Assembly: GCF_006345805.1 (NCBI RefSeq)
Contig: NC_043002.1
Span: 74,028,001-74,092,000, forward strand
Source of the DNA: Octopus sinensis
Lineage: Eukaryota
Direction: 5' to 3'
Length of the DNA stretch: 64,000 bases
Part shown: one piece after another, positions 1 through 12,720 of the stretch
Layout of the letters: every line of letters begins with the position of its first letter
How positions within the stretch are numbered: the stretch's first letter is position 1
Position numbers and translations under genes: made by a program
Notes under the pieces: generated by a model
The model's database searches: none
What the model saw: the letters and a program-made list of their open reading frames with translations, nothing else
What the model was told of the DNA's origin: nothing

Positions 1-1671
1 ACATTACAAAACTGCTTGAAGAACTAAACACAGATCAGCTGACACTTTTTTTAGTGATAGAGTTTGCTTCTTAATGGTTCATAAATATAAATAATCAAAT
101 CAAACAGAACTATTTCAACGACTAAAAATGGTCACAATTAGTTACAATATTGACGGTAAATGACAAAGCAAAACATAAAATTGAGGGGAGGGGTGGCTTT
201 GTAGTAAGTATCGATAATAACAAACACAATCGATATAATTAACTGGAAACAATAAATTCATTATTTCATGGTCATAACAGATAAATTAGAAGCACTTAAA
301 ATAGGATAAGCGCCAATTTATTTATTTATTTAAATATTTTTTTGCGGTTTAAAAACAAGAATAAACAAGTGAAATAATGGCAAACACCGGAATATTTTCA
401 CGACAAAAACAATCCAGTAAAATTTATAATCATTTAAATTCAAGTGCATTTCGAAAATTAAAACATTTTATTGAAAATCTTATTGATAAAAACAATTTTT
501 ATGAGTTAATATTCCCACAAACAATTCTATTAATGATAATTAACAAATATACGGAGAACATCAGTCGTCTTACCCAGTTCACGTCTTGCTTATATTATAC
601 GTACTTCACAGGAACTACAAAGCTAATCTTTAACAAAAGCTACTTTCTTTGCTTTTTTAATGTAATTTTAAAACAATTAAATACTCGTTTTTTAACCATT
701 TTTAAATGTTTTAATTTTAATAAATGCTTTTTATTTAAGCTCACGTACACTTTAAGTCACAAAATCAGAATACGCTTTGGCTTCGTGGGTTAGCTCACTC
801 TTAGTTACACCGAGCTAAACATATCTTTGAACAACAAAGGACGGGATGGCCATGATTGGAACTTTTTTTGATCATCGGTTCGATTAATCAGTGTTTGGCA
901 ATATCTTTGTTAATAGATAATTTTTATTTAATTGAATTTAAATAATTACTTATTGTATTCTATTCATTAAAAAGCTATAATAATATAAATAAAAACCGCT
1001 GAGACTTATTAAAATATTTATAGCTTTTTATTTAGTTTGGCCATATTAACAAAATCAACACACGAAAGAGCCTATTTGTAGACGCTCGACTTGCAAGAAA
1101 TAGCAGCCAAATCTCCCTCAAATCACTCTATATTTAAAAAAATGATAAATCGGATAATGTCTAAGATACACCAGGACTAAAAAATAATGGTCACGGTTGG
1201 AACGCCTTTAATCGTAGGTCTGACTAACGGCTTCCCAATCACACTTTTGAATATATCAATTTAAAGCTATATTTAACGAAGGCGGTGGTGGTGGTACACA
1301 TCATCATCATCATCATCATCATTATCAGATCTTGGATATATCTACAAAATCCTTATCGTTACCACCTTGTTATATCGGTAAAGTCGTCACGAGGACTAAC
1401 TTCTCATTTCACTGAAGTCATCGTTATCGTTGTTATAAATATCTTTACCATAAAATATTAGGATGTTCTTTGAGTGAGATTCGGTGTTATTTCTAGCAGG
1501 CGGAATAATTACACAATGGATTTCTTCATTGGCTCAATAATGCTGCATATAATGTAACAGTGCAGTCCTCAGCTATGCAAGAGGCATGATACATCAAAAT
1601 CTATGAAGTTGTGAGTTGCACCAAATTTCTGGACAATTAATTTGTGAGATCAGAGACGACCTTATTTTACG

Positions 1672-1705
<34 letters not shown>

Positions 1706-1708
1706 TTC

Positions 1709-1739
<31 letters not shown>

Positions 1740-1785
1740 GCTTTCTTTCTTTCTTTCTTTCTTTCTTGCTTTCTTTCTTTCTTTT
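1672..1785. repeat. (CTTT)n tetranucleotide microsatellite
   Basis: Directly visible imperfect CTTT array; explains ORF 1616..1810. Confidence 0.95.
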
Positions 1786-2147
1786 AAATAAAGAAATAGA
1801 TTCATCTTAGATTTAAGAGGCATGAAGAAAAAGGTATTCTAAGATAGGGTTGGCTTATCTGAAGTCAGAATCCAGGACACCTCCACTAACATTCACCATG
1901 GCTCTGAGCCCTGCCCCCAAAACTTTGGGCCTTTAAAGTTACAAATATAAGGTCTCTCTCTCAATGCAGACTAAAGATTTTGGGTGTTCTTGTTGTGTGG
2001 TAAGAGGTTTGCTTCCCAACCACATGGTTCCTGGTTCAGTCCCACTGTGTGGCACCTTAGGCAATTGACTTTACTATAGCTTTGGGCCAACCAGTCTTGT
2101 GAGTGGATTTGGTAGACAGAAACTGAAAAGAAGCCCATTATTATATA

Positions 2148-2522
2148 TCATCATCATCATTTAACGTCTGCTTTCCATGAGGACTGGCGAACCAGATGGC
2201 TGCACCAGGCTCCAATCTGATCTGGCAGAGTCTCTACAGCTGGATGCCCTTCCTAATGCCAACCACTCCGAGAGTGTAGTGGGTGCTTTTACATGCCACT
2301 GGCACAAGGGCCAGTCTGGTGGTACTGGCAATGGCCATGCTCAAATGGTGCTTTTTACGTGCCACCTGCACAGGTGCCAGTCCAGCAGCACTGGCAATGA
2401 CCTTGCTCAAATGTTTTGTTCACGTGCCATATATATATATATATCATCATCATCATCAACAACAACAACAACATCATTTAACGTCCATTTTCCATGCTGG
2501 CATGGGTTGACACTTTGACAAG
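2148..2522 (-). mobile_element. RTE LINE 3'-UTR-derived copies (two adjacent pieces)
   Basis: Reverse complement matches the 3' UTR of the RTE at 52486-53099, with the (ATG)n tail seen as (CAT)n at the left. Confidence 0.8.
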
Positions 2523-3059
2523 GCCAATTGAATATGTGCCAGGCTTTAAAAAAACAAGTCCTGGGATTGATTCAATCAGCTAAAAATTCTTCGAAGCAGT
2601 GCTCCAGCATGGCTGCAATCCAATGACTGAAGCAAATAAAAGATATGTGTGTATGTGTAATTTTTTAAGTGATGGAAGCAGAAATTCCAGATTTTGGTGG
2701 AATTTAAAAATTTCTTCTCAAAGGCAAAATTTGGGACATGTTCTCAAAAGCATGGACGTATGGCAATCCTATTCTAAGAAGCAAGAAAAGGCAAACTGCT
2801 TAGTCAGAAAGGTAAATGTTAATATTTGAATAGTAGTTTAGGAACCCATTATTTTAGTTCATTTGCTATGTGTTACCTTAGTAAAAAAAAAAAAGTTACC
2901 TTAGGCACAAGTGAGCTGTGTGGTAAAAAGTTTGCTTTCCAGCCACATGGTTCCAGGTTCAGTCCCACTGTGTGGCATCAAGGCAAGTATCTTCTACTAT
3001 AGCCTCAGCCTTGTGAGAGGATTTGGTAGACAGAACCTGAAAGAAGCCTGTCATAGTCA

Positions 3060-3102
<43 letters not shown>

Positions 3103-3442
3103 TAGAAACCAAAACAATAAATTGAACAATTAAATAAGTTAATCAATAAATGATAAATTCAATTCAAATTAATTATTTTGTACAAACAAATGACACATCT
3201 CATAAATTACAGCTGTTTCCACTTCATTAATAAAACCAAGTTTTTCAAGAATAATAAAATCTTGTTTAAATATATAATGAGGTTTCATCAGATTGATATA
3301 TCTTCTTAAATATTCCACACAAAAATAGCAACTGAAAATTTTTTTTCTGCTAAATCAAATGTTTAAAATGTGTATGTAATTATGGAGACATAAGTGTTTA
3401 TTTGGGGGTACAGATTTGGTTAAGAGGTTATATGTATGTATA

Positions 3443-3529
<87 letters not shown>

Positions 3530-3549
3530 CATATATATACATATATATA

Positions 3550-3780
3550 ACACCATCCGAGTGTGGCCGTCTGCCAGCCTCGTCTGGCACCTGTGTCGGT
3601 GGCACATAAAATCACCCACTACACTCTCGGAGTGGTTGGCATTAGGAAGGGCATCCAGCTGTAGAAACACTGCCAGATCTGACTGGCCTGGTGCAGCCTT
3701 CGAGCTTGCCAGACCCCAGTTGAACCGTCCAACCCATGCTAGCATGGAAAGCGGACGTTAAACGATGATGATGATGATGA
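3550..3780 (+). mobile_element. RTE LINE 3'-UTR-derived copy
   Basis: gtgtcggtggcacataaaa...gagtggttggcattaggaagggcatccagctgtagaaac...ggacgttaaacgatgatgatg, as in 52850-53099. Confidence 0.85.
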
Positions 3781-3795
3781 TATATATATATATAT

Positions 3796-4175
3796 GTGGA
3801 GGCGCAATGGCCCAGTGGTTAGGGCAGCAGACTCGCGGCCGTGGGATCACGGTTTCGATTCCCAGACCGGGCGTTGTGAGTGTTTATTGAGCGAAAACAC
3901 CTAAAGCTCCACGAGGCTCCGGCAGGGATGGTGGTGATCCCTGCTGTACTCTTTCACCACAACTTTCTCTCACTCTTACTTCCTGTTTCTATTGTACCTG
4001 TATTTCAAAGGGCCGGCCTTGTCACTCTCTGTGTCATGCTGAATATCCCCAAGAACTACGTTAAGGGTACACGTGTCTGTGGAGTGCTCAGCCACTTACA
4101 CGTTAATTTCACGAGCAGGCTGTTCCGTTGATTTGGATCAACCGGAACCCCCATCATCGTAACCGACGGAGTGCT
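3796..4175 (+). mobile_element. tRNA-derived SINE, family C
   Basis: Head ggaggcgcaatggcccagtggttagggcagcagactcgcggcc...ggtttcgattcc has A-box and B-box-like motifs; homologous copy in reverse at 61706-62012. Confidence 0.8.
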
Positions 4176-4207
4176 AAATAAAAAAAATATATATTTATAT
4201 ATAGTAT

Positions 4208-4336
4208 ATGTTAAAGAAGAAAATGGAGAGTTTCAACAGATAACATCAATTTATTAACATATTATCAATTTTAAATTGACAATATATTTATAAATTGATG
4301 TTACCTGTTAAAACTCTCCATTTTCTTCTTTAACAT
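4208..4336. repeat. AT-rich fold-back palindrome (MITE-like)
   Basis: atgttaaagaagaaaatggagagtttcaacagataacatcaatttat pairs with ataaattgatgttacctgttaaaactctccattttcttctttaacat. Confidence 0.8.
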
Positions 4337-4624
4337 TTATTATATTGAAGTATACTCATATATATCAAAGTGAAACAAACATCTATTAAAATATACCTGT
4401 TCTCCATAATGTATTTAATATTTGTGCTAATTATTAAATAATAAGCACCAATACTACTTAGTAAAACGTGACTCCTGAGCATTTCATCAATATATAGGAT
4501 TAAACCGGGGCACCTTGGATGCTAGCATCCCTTTTAAGAGGTATCTTTATCCTTGCAATAACACACACACACACACACACATACACACACACACACACAC
4601 ACATGTATGTATGTATATATCTAT

Positions 4625-4838
4625 GTGTGTGTGTTTTTGTATCTGTACCCCACCGCCACTTGTCCACTGGTGTTGGCGTGTTTATATCCCTGTAACTTAG
4701 TGGTTCAACAAAAGAGACCGATGGAATAAGCACTAGGCTTTAAAAAAAAATAAGCCCTGGGTTTTATTTGTTCAACTAAAATCCTTCAATGTGGTGCCAC
4801 AGCATGGCCGCAGACAAATGACTGAAAGAAGTAAAAAA
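4625..4838 (+). mobile_element. SINE family A, 3' half
   Basis: Matches the 3' half of the full copy at 57780-58196. Confidence 0.8.
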
Positions 4839-4952
4839 AGAAAAGATTAGTGTAGAAGTTACAATTCCTTTTTTAAAAAGGAAATACCGCTACAGAATAG
4901 AATTAAGTTCTCTGTGAGTCAGGCTGGTAGTCCAGTTTTTATACATTCATGT

Positions 4953-5362
4953 CTCTTTCTCTTTTACTTGTTTCAGTCATTTGACTGCGGCCATGCTGGA
5001 GCACCACCTTTAGTCGAGCAACTTGACCCCGAGACTTATTCTTTGTAAGCCCAGTACTTATTCTATCGGTCTCTTTTGCTGAACCGCTAAGTGACGGGCA
5101 CATAAACACAGCAGCATCGGTTGTCAAGCAATGCTAGGGGGACAAACACAGACACACAAACATACACGCACATATATATATATATATATACATTTATATG
5201 ACGGGCTTCTTTCAGTTTCCGTCTACCAAATCCACTCATAAGGCTTTGGTCGGCCCGAGGCTATAGTAGAAGACACTTGCCCAAGGTGCCATGCAGTGGG
5301 ACTGAACCTGGAACCATGTGGTTGGTAAGCAAGCTACTTACCACACAGCCACTCCTGCGCCT
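4953..5362 (-). mobile_element. SINE family A, full-length copy
   Basis: Reverse complement of the aggcgcaggagtggctgtgtggtaag...(TG)n...gactgaaacaagtaaaagag element seen repeatedly; partial copies also near 1992-2140, 2903-3062, 22910-23278, 27615-27740, 35230-35370, 56088-56330. Confidence 0.9.
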
Positions 5363-6532
5363 TGTCTATATAAATTTAACAACCAAAGAGTTTAACCAGT
5401 GAAGATAAGCTGCTCAACTTCTGAACACATCATCATGAACTTAAATTTTATGGCATAACTATTTTGTTGTGTCCTTGGGCAAGATAAATGACCACTTATC
5501 TTAGTCTTGGGTAAAAAATTGATTGCACTTGTATGTTTTGATTGAGCTGTTTGCCGTAGGAAGAGCAATCAGTTTTGAGAATAATTGCTCCAAACTATAT
5601 GTAAATGAATAAATGTGAAATCTATCTTTACTATAAAACATTTTTAACAATGGATGTAAAATGAATGGGGAAAGAATGAAATCAGAACAACCCTATTTGT
5701 AGTGGAGAAAGCTATGACTAGAATATAATGACAATGAGCCTTTCTCCATCTGTCTTTACACAATCAAATAATGTTTAAAGTGTGTATGTAATTATGGAGA
5801 CATAAGTGTTTACTTGGGGTGGGGGGTGGGCAGATTTGGCTAAGAGGTCAAGAAGTTTGTTTCACAACTATGTGGTTTCAAGTTCAACTTCAAAGTGCAG
5901 ATGACTCACTCAAGGCCTTACGGGTGAAATTTGATAGACGGAGTCAGTGTGAGAGCCTATTAGAGGAATTCTTTTTGTTTTTATTAATCTATCGTTTTGT
6001 TTATTACCACCACCTGACTTTTGGGTTCCTTTAGTAGAGTCCACATTGTTGCAAACAATTATGCTAGGACTTTGGCCTGAAGACAACTTCCTTATCTCCC
6101 ACCGGTGCTGAAGGGGCCTGAAAAGGATTATAGACTCTGCCCTACCTCATCTGACTCAGTGATAAAAAAGCACTTACTAGGCTTCAAGGAAGGGGTAGAG
6201 CCATGGACTTTGCAGGTCTCCAAAATGGATGAAATTTATATTGTTAATGTTCCTTTTAAACTGTTTCAAATTAATGATTGCAGGAAAGATACAAACAAGA
6301 AAATTTCAAAGAGCCAAAGTTTTGGGGTGAATTGGACTGGGCGTAGTGGTTAGTGAAGGGCTTAGTGAAAGGAATACAAAATGGCTAATGTGAGGAGGTG
6401 AGATGAGTGAGTCAAGAAGGCTCAACTGGAAAAGGCATGAGACCAGCCACCAACTTCAAGGGGACATAAACACACCAGCACTGGTTGTAAAAAAGGCGGT
6501 GGGGGAAAACAAAGACACACCTACATAGATAT

Positions 6533-6571
<39 letters not shown>

Positions 6572-6784
6572 CTCATACATATAGGTTAAAGTATAAACAT
6601 TGTAACTGGTTTAGGCATTTTATTTTTAAGATAACTTATGCACCACATAGCACCTTCTATAACACCCATTTGATATTTTCCACCTCCTTGTGAACTCACA
6701 GTGTCCCCAAGAGGATATTACTACCCAGCTCAAAAACATCTGGTCTAATTTAATTTGTTTGATTGAAAAGAAATGCATGAAAGG

Positions 6785-7117
6785 TACCCTTGCTGGTGGC
6801 ATGTAAAAGGCACATGTGTCTGTGACACATAAAAAGCACTTGTGTCAATGACACAAGAAAGGCACTGGTACAAGTGACATGTGACAAGCATCTATGCCAG
6901 TGACACATAAAAAGCACCCATGCCAGTGACACATAAGAGGCACAAGTGCTGGTAACACATAAAAGACACCCAGTACACTTTGTGGAGTGGTTGGCATCAG
7001 GAAAGGCATCCAGCATTAGAAACCAAGCTAAGATACACTGGAGCCCAATGCAGCTCTCCAGCTTAGCAGCTCCAATCAAACAATCTTACCTGTATTAACA
7101 TGGAAAATAGATGGTAA

Positions 7118-7148
<31 letters not shown>
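6785..7148 (+). mobile_element. RTE LINE 3'-UTR-derived copy (diverged)
   Basis: Repeated ggcacataaaaagcac units, gagtggttggcatcaggaaaggcatccagc and a (GAT)n tail. Confidence 0.75.
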
Positions 7149-7149
<1 letters not shown>

Positions 7150-8049
7150 GTTAAGAGAACAGTTCCATGAATATATTTTGAAATATATTCATCTACTTCT
7201 CATAAATTTCTATTGTTCTAAAATACAGGTTATTTTATCATAGATGATTCATAGCAGAGAAAGAAAGTCAGTTCCTTGTACAGCTAAGATTTTGTTTATT
7301 TATTTATTTATTTATTTATTTATTATTTATTTATTACTGCAGGAAACATAGCTATCACAAAAATATTTTAAAGCTTCAAAGTTCAAGTTAGGAGTAATAT
7401 ACAAATCCTAGGTATTATAAGTTAAATCCAGCTGCATTGCTACAGTAAATAAATATTAATCACATAGAAATAAACTTCTGAAACCTAAAGCTGGTTTCAA
7501 ATTTTGGCACAAGGCCAAAAATTTTAGAGAAAGAGAGAATGTCAATCACATTGACCCCAGTGTCTTACTCAAGGACATAGTACACCATTTCCTTTGGGAA
7601 TTGAACCACAGTCTTATAATTGTGAGTCCAATACTCTTAAGCACTAAACAGCATGCTTAAACTATTACACATATTCTAAATATAAATAATCTATCATATG
7701 GTCCAGTCCTTGTTGTAGTATATTAGTTTGTGCACCTCAATGACCCTGAGTGTAGTGCCAGTAAAGTGCAAGCTCCTAGTAAAGTCTGCCATGCTGGACA
7801 GGTCAAAGCATAGAGGCCAGATTAATATGGAGCATCTCTTCCCAGAGATAAAAATGGGTTTGCATAGGGCCAACACCCCTACCTAGAAAAAAAATATCAA
7901 AATTACCAAATCATCTAAGACAGTTCAAAACCAAAAAGACCTGGGAGAAGAAATCATTTCCAAAGAGATACAGATGACATGATGCAGCAAAATCCAAAAG
8001 GAAGCTGTGAAGGTGACCATTAGGAGAAACACCAAAACTGCAACATGGA

Positions 8050-8400
8050 ACATCAAGAAAATTCTTCAAATCAGATGACTAGATAAGATAAGAAATAAAG
8101 ATCTATGGCAAGAAGGGGTGGGCAGGTGCCAGAGGAAAAGCAGATCCTGAAGTACAAGTGAGTATGGTTGGACCACACTTTAAGGAAACCAACATCCTGC
8201 ATTAGAGGTCAGGCTCTGATCTGAAACCCACAAGGGAGGTAGAAGAGAGGACTCCCTAAAAATAGCTGAGGGTGAGATACTAAAGCAGAGCTGAAAAAGT
8301 AGGGATCCCATTGGAGAGAAGTAATAAAGATTGCCCACAATTGAGAACAGTGGGGAAAAGTCATCAATGACCAATGAAGGGCATAAGTTAAATATAAATA
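8050..8400 (+). mobile_element. Old RTE-like LINE C-terminal fragment
   Basis: Decayed translation resembles the R.RW.GH.LRK...AL.W.P.GKR.RGRP..SW RTE C-terminus, with multiple stops and frameshifts. Confidence 0.45.
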
Positions 8401-8659
8401 ATGCAAAGTAGGTGAATTTAGTTATCTTACCTTAACTGTTGTGGTTTTTTTAGTCTCATGTCAGCTCCAAATGGACAGCCCTATGATCAAAAGTATTCCA
8501 GTTTGGACCATTCTGTTTTTTTATAATCATGTTGGACTACATTATCTAACGTGTCTTGTCCTTATAAGACAATAAAGATGGAGGAAATTCAGAGAGCTGT
8601 TATCCCTATTGGCTACTAAAATTTTCTCTCTTCAAGTAAAAGGAAGATTATATGATGTA

Positions 8660-9420
8660 TATATATGGACAGCAATTCTACATTGTAGTGAGATGCGGGC
8701 CCTGAATGCAGAGGACATGTGAAGGTTAGAAAACAATGAGGCTGGATGTGTAATATAAATGTACATGTTCAACAAAGTGTTAGTATTTTTGAGAGAGCAG
8801 TTAGGCATAAGAGGAATTAATTGCTGTGTGCAAGAGAGAAGACTGCACTGGTTTGGTCATGGGATGCTGTCAATTCCTTAAAGAAGTGCCAATCTCTCAA
8901 AGTAGATGGAATGTGTAGAGGTGGGAGATCAAGGAAGACACGAGACAAATTACTGAAGAATGACCACAGGATGCTGAACTTTTCAGGTCAGACGACAAAG
9001 ATGATCAAGATGCCTGGTGTCTTGCTGTACTCAAGAAGACCTATACTCCACAGCAGAAGTGTTAAGACTGGTTCCCCTGGTGGTGGGGATTGACCTGAAA
9101 GAGACCTGTGTCAGTACCACGTAAAAAGCACTCGTGGCAGTGTCACATACAAGTGCCCGTGTGACACTATGTAAAAGCACTCATTCAGCACGACGTAAAA
9201 GCAGCTGTATAGTGTCATGTAAAAGCGATCGTGTGGTGCCACATAAAAGCACCCAGCACATTCTGTAAAGCAGTTGGCATTAGGAAGTGCATCTAGCTGT
9301 AGAAACCATGCCAAATCAAATTGAAGTCTGGTGCAGCTTTCCAGCAAGGAGCTCTGGTCAAACCGTCCAACTCATGCTTGCATGAACCACGGACGTTAAA
9401 TGATGATGATGATGATGACG
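8660..9420 (+). mobile_element. Degenerate RTE LINE 3' fragment (RT C-terminus plus 3' UTR)
   Basis: ORF 8821..9093 retains GMCRGGRSRKTRDKLLKNDHRML (cf. GTCGRGRPRKTWDEVVKHDLRTL); UTR and (GAT)n tail follow. Confidence 0.75.
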
Positions 9421-9924
9421 GTGTGATACTAGAGAGGGTGGCTTTAGCTGCTATTTCTAGATAGTTGAACGACCACGAAGCTGTTTCCTCACTGAAATAA
9501 ATTATAAAATTGAGTAAATCATGTTAATTCAATCAATTTAAATATTTAAAAAGAAATCATACCATAAAAAAAAGTTAATAACATGTAGAGATGCGGTTGC
9601 AGAAAAAAAAAAAAAAGTCCTCAATTTCTCCTGTGAACGCATTAATAGCTTACGTATACATAAATCACATTTTGAATACTGTCATGCAGAGTTTCTCCCC
9701 TTGTCCTACCTAACGTTTGAACTGACTCGCAAGCTTGGTAACATTTTTTCTGTAGAAGGTGTGGAAGATCAGAATGAATCGTGGAGCGCTTGACAAAGTA
9801 TATTTCAATATTTAATTCCGTTTCTCAAGATTCTGAGTTTAAGTCCCACGATAGTTGATTTTGCTTTTCATCCCTGTGAGTTAAAAAATTATACGTCATT
9901 CAAATCAACTATACTTGACTTAAA

Positions 9925-9930
9925 TTTATT
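9925..9930 (-). promoter_or_regulatory. Candidate polyadenylation signal AATAAA
   Basis: tttatt on +, about 26 nt downstream of the predicted stop at 9957-9959; the hexamer is common in AT-rich DNA. Confidence 0.35.
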
Positions 9931-9956
9931 CCACTTGGTGAACACTGCATAAATCA

Positions 9957-10035
9957 TTATAGCCCAAACAGAACAGGTCTAGTTTCCTTGGTATCGACTG
10001 TTTGAATATGCTCATCAATACTCTGTAAAGGTGGC
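9957..10035 (-). CDS. Predicted terminal coding exon of an unidentified gene: (R)PPLQSIDEHIQTVDTKETRPVLFGL*
   Basis: Acceptor gatctctcactcttgcccaag|G, phase 2, open to TAA; unique sequence; phase matches the exon at 10952-10996. Confidence 0.55.
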
Positions 10036-10951
10036 CTTGGGCAAGAGTGAGAGATCAATATTTTCTTTTGTGACAAATAAATATATTATTGGTTTACCGA
10101 AACTACAATCCAGTTTTGATGTATGTTCACTTCATTTATACCCTGTTATGGTATCAGGGGTATAAATAGTATCAGTATCATAATAAAAATCTCTTAAAAT
10201 ATAGAATCGTTGTACCAAGTGAAAAGGAAACCAATTTCATCTATTATTTTTTTTAATAGCCAGTGGTAGTAACAAACACTAAGAGATGAACATGAATTAT
10301 GATAATTGTTATGATAATGAATTATTATTATTATAATCCGTTCAGTTCAGACTTATCACCTAAATTGCTTTATTTATTCGAGTACTATGCAATCTTGTAC
10401 ATCTCGTAATGCGACCACCACGTTTTGTACCAAAAAATCAGTGAAATCTTTTTATCTTTTATCTTTTTTCTTTTTCTTTTGACAACTCAAGTATAATGCT
10501 ACCACCCAATTTTGACCTTGATGTTTTGTATTAAATTCTTATATTATACATGAGTAATTATGCTATTCATTTAATTCACAGAAATTCTTTGATGACGAGC
10601 CAAAAAGACTGGATATCTTTTTTTTTTTTTTTTCGTACAGCACTGCAAAAGTAACATCATTTTTGGCTTCTTCCTAGATTTAGTTAATTGCTAAAATAAG
10701 CTGGATAGGTCTGCAATCTATGAGAATAAGGTGGCAGACCTAGTACATTTTGGTTAATACATTAAACAAGCTGCCTGTTTTCAGGTGACTTTAGGGCTAA
10801 TGCACTTCTGGGTTAAGACTTTGTATTTTCAGAGCATTTAACAGATTTTACTTTGTTGCAGATATTTGGATGAGCCCCTTGGTTCCTTGTGTACACATGT
10901 TTATCCAGCAACCAGATATTGATCTGCAGATGTTCAGTCTGGATATCTCAC

Positions 10952-10996
10952 CTCTCTGGGAGGGTTTGAAATGGTTGTGGATGATGCTCCCCCTTT
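10952..10996 (-). CDS. Predicted 45-nt internal exon: (R)KGEHHPQPFQTLPE(R)
   Basis: Acceptor ttttttttttatatgttaaccaag|, donor GAG|GTGAGA; phase 2-2 reading is open and joins the neighbouring predicted exons. Confidence 0.5.
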
Positions 10997-11754
10997 CTTG
11001 GTTAACATATAAAAAAAAAATTCTATAATTGTAATTTGTAATTTCTCATTATAATTTACAAAATGAAATCATTGAAATGTTACTCAGCCTTAAAATGGAG
11101 CTCTGTGACAAAAATACAAAATTGGGCTATTTCACTTTTAAGTGCCTTATGGAGAATCATCTCTTTTGCAACACTTGAATTAGCCACTCTGCATTACAGG
11201 TTTGCTTGTGTAAGACTATACAACTTTCCAAAAAGTAGAGTGAGGACTTACTTTGAATACACAATCCCATGTATGTTTTCCACTTGGGAAATATTTGTCA
11301 TAAGCAACAAATACTTCCCGACACTTAAGGCTTCAAGTTAGACTTTGCGACTATTTTTTCAATAACCATTTCCAATTAACATTTCTCAAATCAGTCAAAC
11401 TATTAGCAGCTGTATAAGCCCATATTGCTTATCATTGACAACACCCAACTTAACTCTTTTTTCATTCCTTAATTGATACTCGCTTTTGAAGTGACTTCAA
11501 CGCTCACATCTTTATTTGTTTTTCAACCTTAACAGATATAGAAACTGAAACAATGATCTTTCTGAAAATCCACACTAATTTCTTCCCCTCTGTCTCTGGT
11601 TGATACAATAATTTAATTTTAGCATTTAAACACATTTAAGTAATATATTTGCTCTATTCTCAACCTCTAAATTCAACTTCTTTACTGAAACTACATTAGT
11701 CTCACTGCATTCTTATAGTACATGAAAATTTCACTGAACCATACCATAATAATA

Positions 11755-11782
<28 letters not shown>

Positions 11783-11785
<3 letters not shown>

Positions 11786-11995
11786 CCTTTCTACTAAAGG
11801 CACAAGGCCTGGAATTTTGGGGGATGGGGACTAGTCAATTACATCGACCCAAGTGCAAAACTGGTACTCATTTCATCAATCCTGACAGGATGAAAGGCAG
11901 AGTTGACCTCAGTAAAATTTGTACTCTGAAAATAAAGACAAATGAAATGCTGCCAAGCATTTTGCCCCAGCATGCTAACATTACTGCCAGATTGT
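11783..11995 (-). mobile_element. SINE family B copy with (TAA)n tract
   Basis: Reverse complement of the ggtgagctggcagaa...gttctgagttcaaatt...gcctttcatcc...aagtaccag family; (TAA)n at 11745-11785. Confidence 0.75.
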
Positions 11996-12129
11996 TGCTT
12001 TTAATGATATTAACAACAACAACAGCAACAACAACAATAGTGATCTTATTGTATATAGTGCTCAGGTGCTCTATAACTCATTGGAAAAGGGTGAAAAAGA
12101 AACAGAAAGAGCAGTAAGTCATGTAAAGA

Positions 12130-12720
12130 AAGACAGTAACGATAGCCAAAAGCACATGCATAGTACACTGGATAAGCTCAAAAAGTGAACAGTAAAAGAG
12201 CTATAAAGAGGAAAGGGTGCATAGGTATGTCAGGAGTTGTGTTGGCAAATTTTGGGAAGCATATAATTTTTGGAGAATATAGTGTTGTGATATCAAACAA
12301 AACTGATGTGTGTAGTTTATTCCATGCTTCAACAATTCTGAGCATGAAAAAATGGTTCTGAAAGTCATGGGTTCTTCATGGTTTTTTTGATTTTATATAA
12401 GTATGTCCAGAGAAGTACAGATATTGAATTTAAAAAAGTGGGGGCCAAAGTTGTTATTTTTGAAAGATGGTGGATGATTTTGTGGGCTTCTACCAAGTCA
12501 GCTGATAGATGTCAAAGCTTTAGTGTATCAATGCTCAGAGAAGCAACCCATTAAAGATATGGTAAGTGATTAAAAGAGGGTATTTGACTGGTTGCATGTC
12601 TTAGGATATCTTCCAGTAGATTGATATTTTGGACAATATGGTGTTCCAGACTGAAAATGCAAACTGTAAGTGTGAACATATCATAGCCATATGGCTTTAT
12701 ATCTGGTATTAAAGGTTAGA
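12130..12720 (-). mobile_element. CR1/L2-clade LINE 3' fragment (decayed)
   Basis: Minus-strand translation ...QNINLLEDILRHATSQIPSFNHLPY...LSIDTLKL*HLSADLVEAHKII...FFMLRIVEAWNKL matches the post-RT C-terminal motif series of CR1-type ORF2. Confidence 0.7.

Noticed and set aside
377-793. 138-aa ORF MANTGIFSRQ...
   Set aside because: Very AT-rich, F/K/N/I-biased with no recognisable motif; expected by chance.
3796-3875. tRNA-like sequences here and at 26907, 31775, 57780 and 61940
   Set aside because: They run into SINE bodies and lack a complete cloverleaf; called SINE heads, not tRNA genes.
10862-11010. + strand frame YLDEPLGSLCTHVYPATRY*SADVQSGYLTSLGGFEMVVDD with an in-frame TGA (selenoprotein idea)
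   Set aside because: No CxxU-type motif, no SECIS seen and a weak donor; better explained as the antisense of the minus-strand exon 10952-10996.
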